A DNA stretch of 63,870 nucleotides, filler included, from Choristocarpus tenellus KU-1152 (taxonomy: Eukaryota; Protista; Phaeophyceae), in the NCBI GenBank assembly GCA_964200185.2. It is 11 parts of 11 records of this genome, joined end to end, with 100 filler letters (N's around TTAATTAATTAA, not from the genome) between each part and the next. Parts side by side here need not be neighbours in the genome. Positions count along the whole stretch, not along the records: positions 45,539 to 53,318 come from CAXNAD020005587.1; positions 53,419 to 59,167 come from CAXNAD020009851.1; positions 59,268 to 63,870 come from CAXNAD020013833.1; 8 more parts are not named here. One strand, given 5' to 3'. Below the pieces are notes generated by a model, which made no database searches, was not told where the DNA came from, and saw only the letters and a list, made by a program, of their open reading frames with translations. Position numbers and translations under genes: made by a program. Each line of letters starts with the position of its first letter. Position 1 is the stretch's first letter. Positions 50,521 to 63,848 of the stretch are shown one piece after another.

Positions 50521-52905
50521 TCATTTTTTGCTTTCAATCCAAGCATCTAGTTGCCCACAGGCCGCAAGCAAGAGGCCCAGGAATGGAGGGGATGGCTCCA
50601 GTGGCCGGCTCATGAACTCTGGGTGATACTGTGTTCCCACATAGAACGGGTGAACCGACCCTGGTCATTAAGGATGTGGAGTGATGGGTCAGGATTTGAC
50701 GGGGCATGCTTAGACCTGACTCACAAGGATATACAACAAAAGAGTGCTCTACATAAGGTACAACTTGACGCTTGCCAGTGTAAGAATACACCATGGCGGC
50801 ATCACATGTGAAGAGAAATTTTGGTACCTACAGCAGAATTACGCTCCCCCTCCCCTACACTCACGTGGTAGCTCTGCAACTTCCATCCTCTCCCCAGTCT
50901 CATCTCGTCCAACGAACTCCATTCCTCCATCCTCGATATCTTTGATCTTAGCAGGATTCACCTCATACCTGAGAGAGTAGAGATGTGAGCATGTGCACGT
51001 GGGAGGATAAGAAGGAAGTCGTTCATTTAGACCAAACGATACCCTAAAAACAACTGTTGGGTCTCTATGGGGAAGGAAGACAATCAATGATGTGGGGGAA
51101 GAAGAAGGGCGGAGATATAGATTGAGTTCTGAAGAGGTTCAAAATCTGCATTACAGTATATTCATGGCAGGAGGAAACAGTTTCAGGTGTCAGGATCTAG
51201 GCCGGTCAATACTGTAAGAGTCGGGGTTTGGCATTTGTGGGAGGGATCAGACAACAGAACATGGATGCCTTGATCCAGATCATCAGCCTCTCCTCAGTCG
51301 TAACTATCACGTAGTTTTAGGGGTCATAAGATCAACTTTGACGGTTCATTGCAGCTGCACCCTGTTTTACAATTTAGAGAACACAAGTGCCTGGAAGTGT
51401 ATTAATGGAATATGACAACAGAGACAGAGACAGGTTGGTCGCTTAAAAAAAAAAAAACTCAATGCCAATGTCTACATTTTTAAAATCAGACAATACATTG
51501 TGTATCTATCATTAGACTCAATGAGCAGCTTGCAGCGCATGTCCTGTAGTTACCTCCAACAATATACCATTTCTAGCATTGAAGGTAAGTACATAATCAA
51601 CAACACATCATCTTCCCCGGTTGAGAAGGGCAAACAAGTCTGCACGTATGTCGGGGCCCTCACATGCATCCTGCCTGCTATGAGAGAAGTGGACAAGAAC
51701 ACTTACAGTGGACCCCAAAATGACCTGGCATACAACCATGCTGCCGGGGTCGGATGATTTTTCATCCATAAGAGAGTCTTTAACCTTTACAGTAACTCAA
51801 ACACAAACTGCATCTGCACACAGAAACCCTTGGAAGACACAAGACACATCAATACAATTCTCATACACCCATCAACAAGTAGGAAACATGCACACACACA
51901 CCCGAAATTCTTCCACCCAGTCAACGTGGGGATGTTGGCATGTCATTAATAAGCTGCCCTAATTGTGAGTTTAACTTCCTTTCACAACTTCATTCAACGT
52001 CCTTCTTGTCTCTGAACAAAGCAGAAGCACGAAACTACAGCTAACCCTAACCCTAACCTAACCCTAAACTTTATTGTTTAAATATTTTCAGGACAACAAA
52101 TCATACAGTTTTGCACACCTGATAAAGCATTACACTTCCGATTTCACTCACGGTTGCATTTTTCCGGTACAAACAAGGACACACATGAAGGACACACATG
52201 AAAGTGGAATTCAAAACACTCAACCTTTTTTCCCCCACCAACCTATTGATGTACACTTTTTCAAAACCAACCTATTGGTGTACGCCTCTTTAATACATTG
52301 AAACCTCACATATACTTCTCTCACAGTAGCAACGTCAAAAGGCCTATCAACACCTACACCAAACTATCTCTCACCACACCATGCAACTACAGTCAATGCC
52401 TTGACCATTCCATGCGACTTCTCTCTTGTTCCCCTCCCCTCCAAAACCATACTACTGCCTAGGTACAAAGAGATCTCTCAAATGATTAACCCACACATTT
52501 CACAGCACCGGGACCCTATGATAATAGTATCCAAGAACTTACAACACCTAATAAACCATCCCCTACTCCGGCTGTTGTCCTCTGTACAATCATTACAACC
52601 AACCTCACCAGTACCACAAAAGAACCAAATGCACATGGTAAACTGGAATGTTACGGTGAACTGTTGTTTCCTCAGACAGATACATACATATATACATTAC
52701 ATACATACATACATACATACACATACATACATTACATACATATATATACATACATACCTGTGTCTATGTCGTTCGTGAACCTCATCAGCCTTCCCATACA
52801 ACCAAGAAGTCAAGCAGTCCCTCAAACCATTCACGCCATTTCCAACACTATTGAAACCCTTCAGCACAGTCTTGCGCTGTCCCAGGCGCATGGTGGCTCC
52901 CATAA
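50521..52905 (-). CDS. CTPS: CTP synthase, glutaminase-domain 3' exons 52758-52905, 50865-50968, 50521-50660
   Basis: MGATMRLG...EVHERHRHR|YEVNP...[17 protein letters not shown]|[30 protein letters not shown]; exons splice in phase; catalytic HPE present. Confidence 0.95.
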
Positions 52906-53418
52906 CTTTTTTTGAGCGAAATCAGATTCCATTCCACATTCGTTCATTTTTTTTTTCGCGATTTTAAAAAACGCAGCGCACGGGAAGAGAGGAAGAAGTA
53001 AAAAGTATTCCAATCAGAGTTTAGGCAAGGCGTGGTGGTGGAGACAAAGAGAAGGTGGGGGAGAAGAAGGTCACTTGGAACTAGCTACACACATAAAGTA
53101 GAAGACTTCTGGGTAGAGGGATGAAAAGTGAGAAGACTCAATTATTACTCCTACTTAACCATCAACTGCTTCTACATTAACTGGCCTCACATTCTGCAGT
53201 ACACTACCTCCCAAAAACAAATAGAGGGAGAGAGAGTACAAAAAAAACTTGCACCATACAAGTAGACCCCCCCCCCCCCCCCCCCCCGCCCCCCCCCCCC
53301 CCCCCCCCCCCCCCCCCCNNNNNNNNNNNNNNNNNNNNNNNNNNNNNNNNNNNNNNNNNNNNTTAATTAATTAANNNNNNNNNNNNNNNNNNNNNNNNNN
53401 NNNNNNNNNNNNNNNNNN

Positions 53419-53533
53419 GAAAAGTGCACTTATATTATTCATCCGACTTACGCAACCAAATCAACCCAAAATCGCGATATGGAAGAATGGCCCCCAAAGG
53501 GACAGACGTAACCCCCCCCAGATACTTCAAGCC
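53419..53533 (-). mobile_element. G-tract MITE copy (reverse), truncated at contig start
   Basis: Reverse complement is collinear with 20215-20330; ends CCCCCCCAGATACTTCAAGCC. Confidence 0.8.
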
Positions 53534-54659
53534 TTTCTCAATCTTTTGCAACTCACCCATATTTCTATGGATGAAGTTCTAAGTTTGACTTGAGAGCGTT
53601 TATTTCTCTACTGTTCAAATCTTTTCCTACACAATCCAGAAAATTTCATACATTTGTAACCCCCCCCGAAATCTGAACATATTTATCAACATCCTTAAAA
53701 TGCAACCCTGGATATCCCTCGTTTAATTTGACTCACTTCTCACCACCCCCAGTACACACTAATATCACAAATTAGACACAAAAAGTAAAGACACCCAACA
53801 GTAATACTACTATTACTAGGAATGCATGGCATCACTACTGGGAGTAGCAATTCCCTATAAAGAGCATCATCACGAGAAGTTGATGGCCTTTCCAAATTGA
53901 TTTCGTTATCAAGATGATTGCTTTACCATCACTCATCATTATTACAAGTGCCAGTAGTGGAGCTAGTTGAAGCAACAAAAATAGATAACACAGAAGAGAC
54001 CACGCAAGTAAGGGAGTGGAGGTGGTGCACAACAAGCATTTGCATGTAAACATTACGGTACCAATTGTAGAAGATGAGCACATTTTACTTTTCTCAAAAG
54101 TTGTGAAAAAGATCACACAACGGATGCACACATGTATGATATCATGCTAGTTTGAACATTGTTTGATCCTGCTCCAGGCCTGGAAGAAATTCACTATTAA
54201 GAGGAATATCGACATTGTTACAGAAGTAAAATCCCTAAAAATTTGAACTTTTGAAAATCGCTCTCTTGTCTTCAATATTCCATTCTGGGTTCATTTTTTT
54301 TCAATTATAGTCATCCTGTTCCTTCACCACTGCTTCAAGTTTATCACCCCCCAGTAAGTGATTGATCTTTTCACCTTGAAAGTATTTACAGTGCAGTTTC
54401 CTTGCCCCATCCATTGGTTGTCAAAGACCATGCCAAATATGGCACTCCTAATCACATCATCACCACGCAAGGAGGGGAAGAAGACACAACAAAATCGTGA
54501 TATTTTTGTACTAGTGCCTACATATTTTACTTGGAATTTTTGCAGCATGATGAGCGAACCCCTCCCTCTTCTTAGCCTCTCCTGTTTAATGCCTCCTGAC
54601 TGCATGCCTCATCAAACCTACCATCCACATCGCCTATCAGACATATGAAGAATAGCTTC

Positions 54660-56010
54660 TGCACTATTGTCAGGTCTATCAAGGTGGATATACAGTACAA
54701 GGGAGGGAAAGTGCGACGGGGAGGAAACTGTGATGAGATCATGTGAGCTAAGGAAATCGTACTGGCCTACTTGGGCACAATTCCATTGTTCATCCCTTGT
54801 AAAAGGGATCTGCTTAAAGAGGTCCAGTATTTTGCTTTAAACATTTTCAGATCTAACAGTGTATCAAAACTCAGAGTTAGCGATCCTAGTCTTGTGGGAA
54901 AGGTCTGACCAAGAGGATCTTGCATAGTATATGCTTTGCATTCCAGGGACAGAGGTACCACATCGTCAGTGAAATGGGACAAACCTTGCTAGATTCAGCA
55001 ATGCAGGAGACGAGGTGGACATGAGTTCACCAAGGTTCACCACCATCACATCTGCATATTGTCAAGTCAGGGATGTGACAAGGCAAAATGTGATAGAAAC
55101 ACTGAACAAAATGCCACTTGATACAGCTTTAGGATGAAAACTAGCAGGAAGTCTTGAGTGTGACTTCAAAGCTGATTGGCTTAAGCGTAAGAAAATACAC
55201 TGACACAGAGAAGGTTGAGGGTATCGCAAGGAATTGCCTCCTTCATGGCTCAGCAATTGTTTGGACTTCAGGAGAGCGAAGGGGACCTTTGGCCTTCCTT
55301 TTACCTTGTAGCTGAATGTAAAAAACTTAATAAACATATTGTCAAGTATAGCAACAAAGAAGGTTTCTGTTACCTGACACTGGAGCAAGGCAGAGATGGA
55401 TTAACATAATGGTTTCTTGAAGCAAGGTCTCTTCCACCAGTGAGGAGGCACTGATAGTTCTTGTAAGCAGCAAGATGGTGGAGAGGGGCATTGATGAAAA
55501 AGGTAGGGGTCTAGGGGTTGAGGTGAGTAGTGCCCACGTGTCCAGGAGCATTGCTACTGTTGATAGGTACTGAGCTAAGATGTCGACAGCAAAAAACAGG
55601 CAGACCCTGATGGTGCCTCACAAGAGATGCAGCCTAGCCACCAGGCAGGAATAACTCTTATGATAAGACTTTCGTCATCTTGCCCTGCAACTTGTTGGGA
55701 GGGGAATCAACTGCGGCATGGATGGTGAAGCAAGTGGGCAATAGCCTAGGGGTAAGGCTATGGACAAGAAGCCCAAAGATCCAAGCCAAGCCAAAGGTGA
55801 CCTATGGTGAACGAAATCATGTTCAACTGCACAAAGCGGGTGTAACGTGAACACTTTGAGCCAGGAATCCTGATGTCACCGGACCAGAGTCTGATCAGGT
55901 ATGCATATGATGGACAATAGCAGCGGCATCCCTTTCCTTTACAAAAGAAAACGCTGGGTCGTGGACAAACTTTTCAGATCACTGCATAGGATGTTTGCTT
56001 CATTAGCCGA
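54660..56010 (+). pseudogene. Decayed Mutator (MULE) transposase
   Basis: Across frameshifts: KRDLLKEVQYFA...CIVYA...FTKVHHHHIC (MuDR-type Zn finger), YDKTFVILPCNLLGGESTAAW, MMDNSSGI, HCIGCLLH (CxxH). Confidence 0.5.
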
Positions 56011-56478
56011 TTGACATTGATGCTGGCACAATATGCAATGGCGCTGAAGTGAGCTTTGATCCCAGAGGGAGGTGCATGGCGGTTTTCGCCCTACAAGGTC
56101 TGCTCAACATGAGGGAGAGGTTGTTGGTAATGGTGCTTGTGAATTGTGTAGACTTTCATTTTGAACAGTATCACTATGGGGGAGAGGGCACCCCATTGGG
56201 TGAGGGCCTTTCTTGTGATGGGCAGATGATTCCTTGCCATTCTCCTTTGCTTATGTACATGAGACTCTCAGCATGTTCCTTATCCACACCCTCAAGCTAC
56301 TTGACAACTTCCTGCTTCACACCACACGCGATGGTTTACGATCAGCATGAAGAACCATGAGCATTGTACATTAAACACAAACCGCTTATAAACATGGACG
56401 CACATAAACCTCCACACACAGAATTGCGTTGAATTTGGACAATACAGGAATAGAGACGTCTTTTCACAGGCACTCAGC

Positions 56479-59167
56479 TGTTCGATCAGACTCTTGCAAC
56501 TCTATCGGACAGTTACAGTAAAATATGTATGGAGTAAGCGAACAATCATGAGTGGTTGAGTTATCAGAACCTTTCACTGGTGATTAGCTGTATGAGAAAA
56601 GTTCTCATATAAAAAGGAAATATTTCTGATTTTATGGGGTGCTGTATGCCCCACTTAGCTTTAATCCATCACTCTACAGACATCAAGCAATCTCGCTGGG
56701 TTTATCACCATTATCCTCTTGGGTGATTTGGGCGATACTTTAACAATATATTGAACCTTAGGTTTCTAACCCATAATTTCATCATGTCTACACAAGGAGA
56801 TGAAATTCTAACTGTTCCTGCCAAGGGTCCATCTGTCCAAGAATTCCAACAGCTTATGACGATGGTAGTGGATCTGTTAAGAAGGGCTGGCAATCTCATG
56901 TTGCAGTCTGATAGAGTCAGCGACGGAAATCATCCCATTGTCCAGGCCGCTGTGCCCAGCACAAGGCCTTCGGCTGGGTACATACCAGTCGAAGGGGGTC
57001 CTACGGAACCCATGTTCAGGGAAAATTTCCCAGGGAGGGGCAACAGTTCGGATGCTGTGAGCTTCAGAAGTGGGGCTAGCCGGAGGTCCGGTTCTTCGGA
57101 GAGCTTGGGGTCAGGCGCACATATTGTTCACCCTAAGACAAAGAGATCAAGGGCCCAACCACCGAGAACTATTGGACGACTCAGACTACTGGGACTGGCA
57201 GAGGCGTTTCATTGTGCATTGCCGCTATACCCACTGCTTGGTTGCGTTGACAAGTGAAAGACCAGTCAAACAAGAATGCTCCTACGAGGAATTTCTCTCG
57301 GATGGCTTCAGTGCGAATGATATCTGGATGGCTGAAGAGGCTTACGATGCACTTGCTGTTGCTCTCATCGCACCCACCAACAGGGCACTGTGTCATACGC
57401 ACCAAAGCCTGAGCGAGCCAACATTTGTTCCGTGAGTTTTTCAAAGGTGGAGAAGGGGGCGAATCCGATCCTGACCTTAAACCACTTGTAAGAGCTACAG
57501 GAGAGAATGCTATCAATGAACCTGGTCATCTCGGACAAGCTGCTGCTCCTATAGTTCTTGAGTGCTCTCAGATCAGATTACGATACCAAGATACGGATGA
57601 TGGCCTCGCAGTGGACACTATGTCGAGTAGACGTAGGGAAAACTGCTAGAGAGCGATACACTTCCCTTCTTGAGGAGGAGGACTCGAGACACAAGAATAG
57701 GCACGCTTTGGTTGTTAGCAGCTCATCACAGGGGAAGAATCAGTCTCATTGTAACAGCCATGGTCGTGGGATCGAACGTAAATTTCAAGGTAGAAGAAAG
57801 AAAAATGGTTCTAATTTCAACCCTAAAAGTTCCGAGAAGATTCCTTGTGAGAGTTGTGGTAAGAATGGACACGAAAGGCAGCTTGCCCAAGCCGCATTTG
57901 CACTAAGGGTGGTGGACATGCTCAAGATGCTCCAACATGTACTTCGGTGTTCATAACTATGGTGGAGTCTGGGAAAGAAAAGAACGAGACCGAGGCGAAA
58001 TCTTCTCACATTACTGTGGAAAGTGTGACCAGCTGCGGCGACAACGAGCGGTCCACACTACTGGCCGCCACTGAGGACTCTCCGAGCAGCAATGCTCCAG
58101 GCAAGTGTGGGGAAAACGAATGTTTCGTGTCAAGTATTGGGGTTGGTCGTGAGAAAGAAGAATGGATTTTTGATAGTGCAGCTTCATGTCACATGACAAA
58201 AATGATAACACACATGACAAACTACAAGCCTTGTGTAGGAGACCAAAGGGTAGTTACTGCCAGCCAAAATTCCTTTCACATCGCTGGTCATGGTGACATC
58301 AATCTTGTTTCCCTCATGTGACAACAAGGAGGTAGAGATATTCCTCCAAAATGTCGCCCATGTCCCGGATCTAGGATTCAACCTTTTTCTTGTAAAGCAG
58401 CAGGCAGCTGATATGGGTGCGAAATGCACTTGCACAGCCAGTAAATTTTTGTTATTAGATGGCAAACTTATCTTTACAAGAGATCCTGGTTGTCATTACA
58501 CCCTCCATATTGCCGCGACTACATCGACATGCTGAAGTTGCTTTGAAGGCCACTATAGCCCCCTCGCTTGCACCTCACACTCCCCACACCGACATAGAGA
58601 TTAACCTTTTCCATTGCTCTTATGACCACGCACACGAGGTATTGCTCAAGTCCACCGCCACTTCAATGGGCATTACATAGGTGGGTGAGCTGGAGCCATG
58701 TGCGGGCTGCTCTATGAGCAAGGGCATCCGGTCCAGCATGTCTACAAGGGCAGTAAGAAAGCCGAATCGGGTTTTGTCATCTAAGTGGGAAGAGGGCTAC
58801 CCTTTCAATCAGTGGTAAACAATACACCATGATAATCCGGCATGACTATTCTCATTTTGTTTGGTTGTATTTCCTTCATGCTAAGTCGGATGCCACCAAA
58901 GCCTTCAAGAAATACATGGCCCATATCTGGGCTATTGGTATACCCTCTTGGGTCATGTGTGTGCGGTGTAATAACGGGGGGAAATTTTATGAGGGTGCTT
59001 TCAGTGCTCTTTGCGGTGATCATGGGATAAAAACAGGAGTTTACACCTGTAGACAGCCCTCAATTTAATGGGGTTGCTGAACGAATGCTGGGTATTATTG
59101 ATGAAGCTTCATTAGCAGCCCGGCTCCACTACTTTCCCCTCATGTTACTATCCCAAAAACCGACTCC
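56479..59167 (+). mobile_element. Degenerate Ty1/Copia (family B): 5' LTR 56479-56745, gag, Zn knuckle, protease, integrase; truncated by contig end
   Basis: TGTT...AACA LTR; DYWDWQRRF gag, CESCGKNGH, EEWIFDSAASCHMT, FHCSYDHAHE...CAGCSMSKG, DYSHFVWLYFLHAKSDA, PQFNGVAER. Confidence 0.9.
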
Positions 59168-59267
59168 NNNNNNNNNNNNNNNNNNNNNNNNNNNNNNNNN
59201 NNNNNNNNNNNTTAATTAATTAANNNNNNNNNNNNNNNNNNNNNNNNNNNNNNNNNNNNNNNNNNNN

Positions 59268-60929
59268 CCAAGTGCAGGTATTACCACTGTGCCAAGTGCT
59301 GGCACTGCCACTATGCCAAGTGTGACCATTGCCACCGTGTCGCCTACTCCTTCAGCCATGGTAATATCGTCCATAGATTGGTCAAGGGAGGCTGGTTCGA
59401 GTCTCGCATCCCTTGAATCGGTCCAACAGGGGACGCCGAACTTGGGCGCGACCTTATCAGAACATACTATCCCCGACCCTTCGACTGGGCAAAATAAGAG
59501 GCGAGTGCAGGAATCTATTGCACCCGAACAACACAACAAAATTGCCGATCGACCTGTGTTCTTACGGGCACGTCTTGGTAATGAGAGCGTCTCGTCGTGT
59601 GGTTCGTCGTGCGCCTCTTCCGATCCAGGGTCAACGAGTGAAGAGGAAATCCGAGTAGGGTCTTCAGGAGGTGTGGGACTCGAGCAAAAGTCCCCAACCT
59701 CAGCTGCCTCCTCATGCCACCAGTGTTCCCCAGATGTCGGCTGCCAGGGATGCCACCCTGTTCGACCAGTAGTTCCCACGCCTAGAATCCTTCGGAGACG
59801 TAGTCATTCTGGACGGAGAAGTCGGAAGAAACGCCGGACAGCCACGGGATCAACTCCAGGCGTTTCCGGAGCTGGTGCAGGTGCATCGGATGCTTGGAAA
59901 GTAGGGTCCAAGGAGGTTTCTTGTTCCTCCTCTTGGGAAGGACTTAAGAAGTTGTTGAAGAGGCAGATGGCAAAGTCCTCACATCCCGTATCAGGTGCAT
60001 GTGCCATCAGGGCTATGGGCAGGGGCATTGTGAGCGGCATTTGTATTGGAGGCGACAGCAGTGATATGAAGGGCCCTTATCATGCTACAGGTAACAGTAG
60101 CGTGGATAAAAGCATTGCCAGGACGGGCCTATCACAGCAGGTGACTGTACCTGTGCCGGCGGTTAGCACCTTGTGCTCTGTATTCTCGTCAGAACCCCGA
60201 CCAGACCATGAGGCATTTTTTAGTGTGGAACAGTGTGTGGCATCAGTGCACCCTACCGCCGTGGTGGTCTATGTTATACGGGTTCGTCGCGGACGCGAAT
60301 GCCACGTAGTCAGGAGGACGTGGGATGATTTTGCGACACTATGCATCATGCTTCGCAGTGGATGTGGTTCTGGAGGGGGTGTATCAACAATCGATGGAAG
60401 CTCGTATAGGAGTCGGGGAGTGGAGGGAGGGGTCGGAGGGAGGGTTAAGGTGGAGTTTGCTCCAAATAATCTCCTTGGCAGCGACGCCTCCACTGGGTTC
60501 CTGCACGAGTTGCTGTGCCGCCCAGGCCTAGCCCAGCACCTTTCCGTGAGGCGCTTCTTAGAACTAGAGTTCCTTGATGGGACATTCTGTGGCAAGAGCC
60601 TTGCGTCCCCTGGTGCTGGTGTGGTTGGAGGGCTGCCTGAATGTCTATCACAAGTCATGAAACGGGTGAAAAATGGACAGATTGAGAAAGCGGGTGGTGG
60701 GGGTGGGTCCAGCAGCAGCATAACCTTCACCAGTGGTGGTGGGTCCACCAATGGTGCTATCTCCCCTACTGAAGGTGGTCAGTTTCGACCGATTTCAATG
60801 ACGGAACTCACTGAGATGTGGGGAAGAATGGGTGACATCCTAGCTGGAGGAGGGGGGGGAGGGGGGGGGTTAATGCCAAGGCATGCACAAACTATGCAAG
60901 GGAAGGCGACTGGGAAAGGTGAAAACTAG
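59268..60929 (+). CDS. Long terminal exon encoding a low-complexity protein with a PX domain
   Basis: 546-aa ORF, open at the 5' gap; VVVYVIRVRRGRECHVVRRTWDDFATL...GFLHELLCRPGLAQHLSVRRFLEL fits the PX consensus. Confidence 0.7.
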   Translation, partial: PSAGITTVPSAGTATMPSVTIATVSPTPSAMVISSIDWSREAGSSLASLESVQQGTPNLGATLSEHTIPDPSTGQNKRRVQESIAPEQHNKIADRPVFLRARLGNESVSSCGSSCASSDPGSTSEEEIRVGSSGGVGLEQKSPTSAASSCHQCSPDVGCQGCHPVRPVVPTPRILRRRSHSGRRSRKKRRTATGSTPGVSGAGAGASDAWKVGSKEVSCSSSWEGLKKLLKRQMAKSSHPVSGACAIRAMGRGIVSGICIGGDSSDMKGPYHATGNSSVDKSIARTGLSQQVTVPVPAVSTLCSVFSSEPRPDHEAFFSVEQCVASVHPTAVVVYVIRVRRGRECHVVRRTWDDFATLCIMLRSGCGSGGGVSTIDGSSYRSRGVEGGVGGRVKVEFAPNNLLGSDASTGFLHELLCRPGLAQHLSVRRFLELEFLDGTFCGKSLASPGAGVVGGLPECLSQVMKRVKNGQIEKAGGGGGSSSSITFTSGGGSTNGAISPTEGGQFRPISMTELTEMWGRMGDILAGGGGGGGGLMPRHAQTMQGKATGKGEN

Positions 60930-62302
60930 GAGTTTGTATCATGCAGATGAGGAGGTTTCATGTAAGGGCACATGTAGTAGACCTGCCCCACCCAAGGACA
61001 AATTATACTTTGGCCTTGCCTACCAATCTCTCTAGAGGGATCTAGGATATCATCCACCAGCCACATTACTGGAGGGGAGGGACATGCCAGGAATATTGAG
61101 TGCTGGCAAGTGGAAGGAAATGGCTTGATCTATGACGGGTAGGGGGGAGATGTTAGGGTGGACTGGGTATGACTGGTCAATCTACAGAGTGAAATGGTAG
61201 TGGTATTAATCAAATCTTGATACCTTTGCTGTGGATCTACCACTCTACTATTGTTTTGTGTTGACTGTAGGGATTAACTGCACGGGGCTGTGGTCAATAG
61301 TGGGAGGAGAGGTAATTGGACAGTGTTGACAAGGGCAATACTGATCAAAACCCGGGACTTGTTTGCTTCCCACCCTCCACCTTGTCCTTCCCACCCCCAA
61401 CTCTCCCTTCCTTAGTCTGTGATGCCCCCAAACTCTTTATTGTGTAAATATCTTCAATCAATCCACCCTGAGGGACTTCGAAAGGGATCCTAATCAGGTC
61501 AAGTGTGGGGGAAGTGAGTGGCCTGATTGTAAAAGGGGTTTTATTTGTGTGAAGTGTGTGTGTGTGATTGTGAGCATGGGGTGTATATGTTGGGATACAT
61601 TATGGTTGCCCACAACTGCAGGAAGGGAAGGGAATCACCCTTGCAATTTCTGCTTTATGATGCAATACCGCAGAACAAGGCAGCCGCACCAAGTATTGTG
61701 TGCATGCTCTTCTTACAAGGGGGAAAGTCGGGAGGCTCATTAGTGAAGCCTTGAGGGCAGTGGCAGGAAGTGAAGGATCGAATGAACGGACAAAGGAGAC
61801 AAAAAGAAAAAGTATAGCAAATTGTTTTTTTTGTGTGTTTGGGGTAGAGATAAGTGTGCCTTGAATGAATAGACTTGGGGGGGGGGAGGGCAGAAGACTC
61901 AGGCACCCAGGCCGTTGCAAATGTGACAGTATAGGTGGTAGTATAATTGGTTTAGACATAGATCGGTGGTTTATCGGAAGATTTAAAAAGATACAGGTAT
62001 GTTACTGACTCCAATGAGAGTAGTTGGAATAGTCCGGAGGCTGTGAGAAACGCGCCTCTGGAATGAGCTTTTGTGGGTTTTAATTTCCATTTTTCAAATC
62101 TGAAGTGTCGAATTGCAATAATACAAGAATAATGAAATAAATAAAATATATATATCTTTAAATGGCAAGAGATGTCATTTGAATTTTTGTTTCTTCACAA
62201 TCTTATCTGCTTTGTGCAGTCAGGATTCGATCACCTTACAGATAGTCGTGATTATTGCCTTGTGTGTGTTGCCTTCTCTTCATAGCCCTCATCTATATTT
62301 GC

Positions 62303-62334
<32 letters not shown>

Positions 62335-62865
62335 ACCCCCCCCATTCTGCACCCCCCCACTTGTTTTGAGGGGTAGTCGGCGGGGGAAAAATANNNNNNN
62401 NNNCCTCATCTATATTTGCCCCCCCCCCCCCCTCCCCCTCCCCCAAACCCACACCCTCCTTATGATGCATCCCTCAATTGTGTGAGGTGGAGCTGCAAGG
62501 CTGAAATAATAGGTGGAATAGGTTACGTGTCCTGGGCTGGCATGGCATCCTCCTATCACTTACATTTTCTTAAAGAATAATAAAATGATTCATTTTCATG
62601 TTTTTTATTTCAATATGAAAGTGTTGGCATTTTTTCTTGTAATAATTTCAAAACAGTGTGTTGCCAATAGGTGAAATAGCAAAAAATCCAACATGCTGTA
62701 TCTTGCCGATGAAGGGGCCATTCCTAATGGCAGAAATTCATTGCAGCACTTCGAGACATTTTTTAATATTTCCCAACTGAAAAGGAAAATTGACTAAAAG
62801 GCAGGATTCCATTCCTAAGAGGTGGTATACATGGGGGGGGGGGGGGGGGGGGGGGGGGAGAGAAA

Positions 62866-62898
<33 letters not shown>

Positions 62899-63848
62899 AA
62901 AAAAAAAAGAAAACAAACAAGTNNNNNNNNACAGGAGAAGAAAGAGGGAAGAGTGGCTATGGCGGGGGGGGGGGGGGGGGTGGGGGAGAGGGACGAATGG
63001 AGAAAGGAGGATCAATCTACCGAAAACAAATGATAAAAAGGGAAAAAAAAATGAAGCAGTAAACACTCCAACTGAAAAATGGATCAACACAACGCAGTAA
63101 CTAGCAGTTTTTTCATGTGAGATGAGATCATTAAACGCAGTCATGTTGTGTTGGTGTCACGTAAGAGCTGGTGTCATGTCCCATCAGGGGCATCAGCACA
63201 CACAACAGGAACAAAAGGAATAAGGCAGCAATGTCTATCAATAAAACACTACAATCTTCACTCAATTTAAACTCGCGATTGGATGAAAACTCAACGAACC
63301 AAGCCTAAAAAATCAAGGGGGGTGTATTTCTTTCTTTTTTAATTTTATCGTGTGTATGCACGCTCTGCTCACAGAGCCCCATGGTATACGACACTTCACC
63401 GCCTGCCTCCCCTTGCGCGCTTTGCTTGCAATTCGACTGTAATCGAGGGGACATTGAATTGTTTGGAGTCGATTTTACTCATAAATACTCTTTTATATAC
63501 ACAACACTATCATTGTTTCAGATAGTCCTATGGATCATGTACCTGTTTTGCCCTTCACAAGTGTGTGCGGTTTAGTCATAGGAACGGCCCTAGGGCAACA
63601 ATGGCACCCAAGAATATGAGTCTGGAAGAAGCTTTACAGGGCAATAGTATCACTGCAGTAGAGCTATATTTGAATGTCTCCATTAACTAGTCTTTTGACT
63701 CCAACTGCTGTAAGGGTTAGGGTTAGGGTTAACTGTCGGTTGGTTGAAGTGCTCGAAATATATTCCCAAGCACACACCGCTCTGCTATGGCAGCATACAG
63801 TAACCACCTTGTGCTGTAGTGAACCAAGAGACATATTTATCGGAGTTT

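Noticed and set aside
56049-56360. SFDPRGR as a possible Fanzor/TnpB RuvC-I motif
   Set aside because: No RuvC-II glutamate context, Zn finger or RuvC-III; upstream motifs fit a MULE better.
7975-59267. Recurring TTAATTAATTAA palindrome flanked by Ns
   Set aside because: Synthetic six-frame-stop linker used to concatenate contigs; not biological.
62286-62445. Direct repeat CCTCATCTATATTTGC plus C-run around a 10-N gap (similar case at 27650-27720)
   Set aside because: Likely scaffolding overlap at homopolymer tracts rather than a true duplication.
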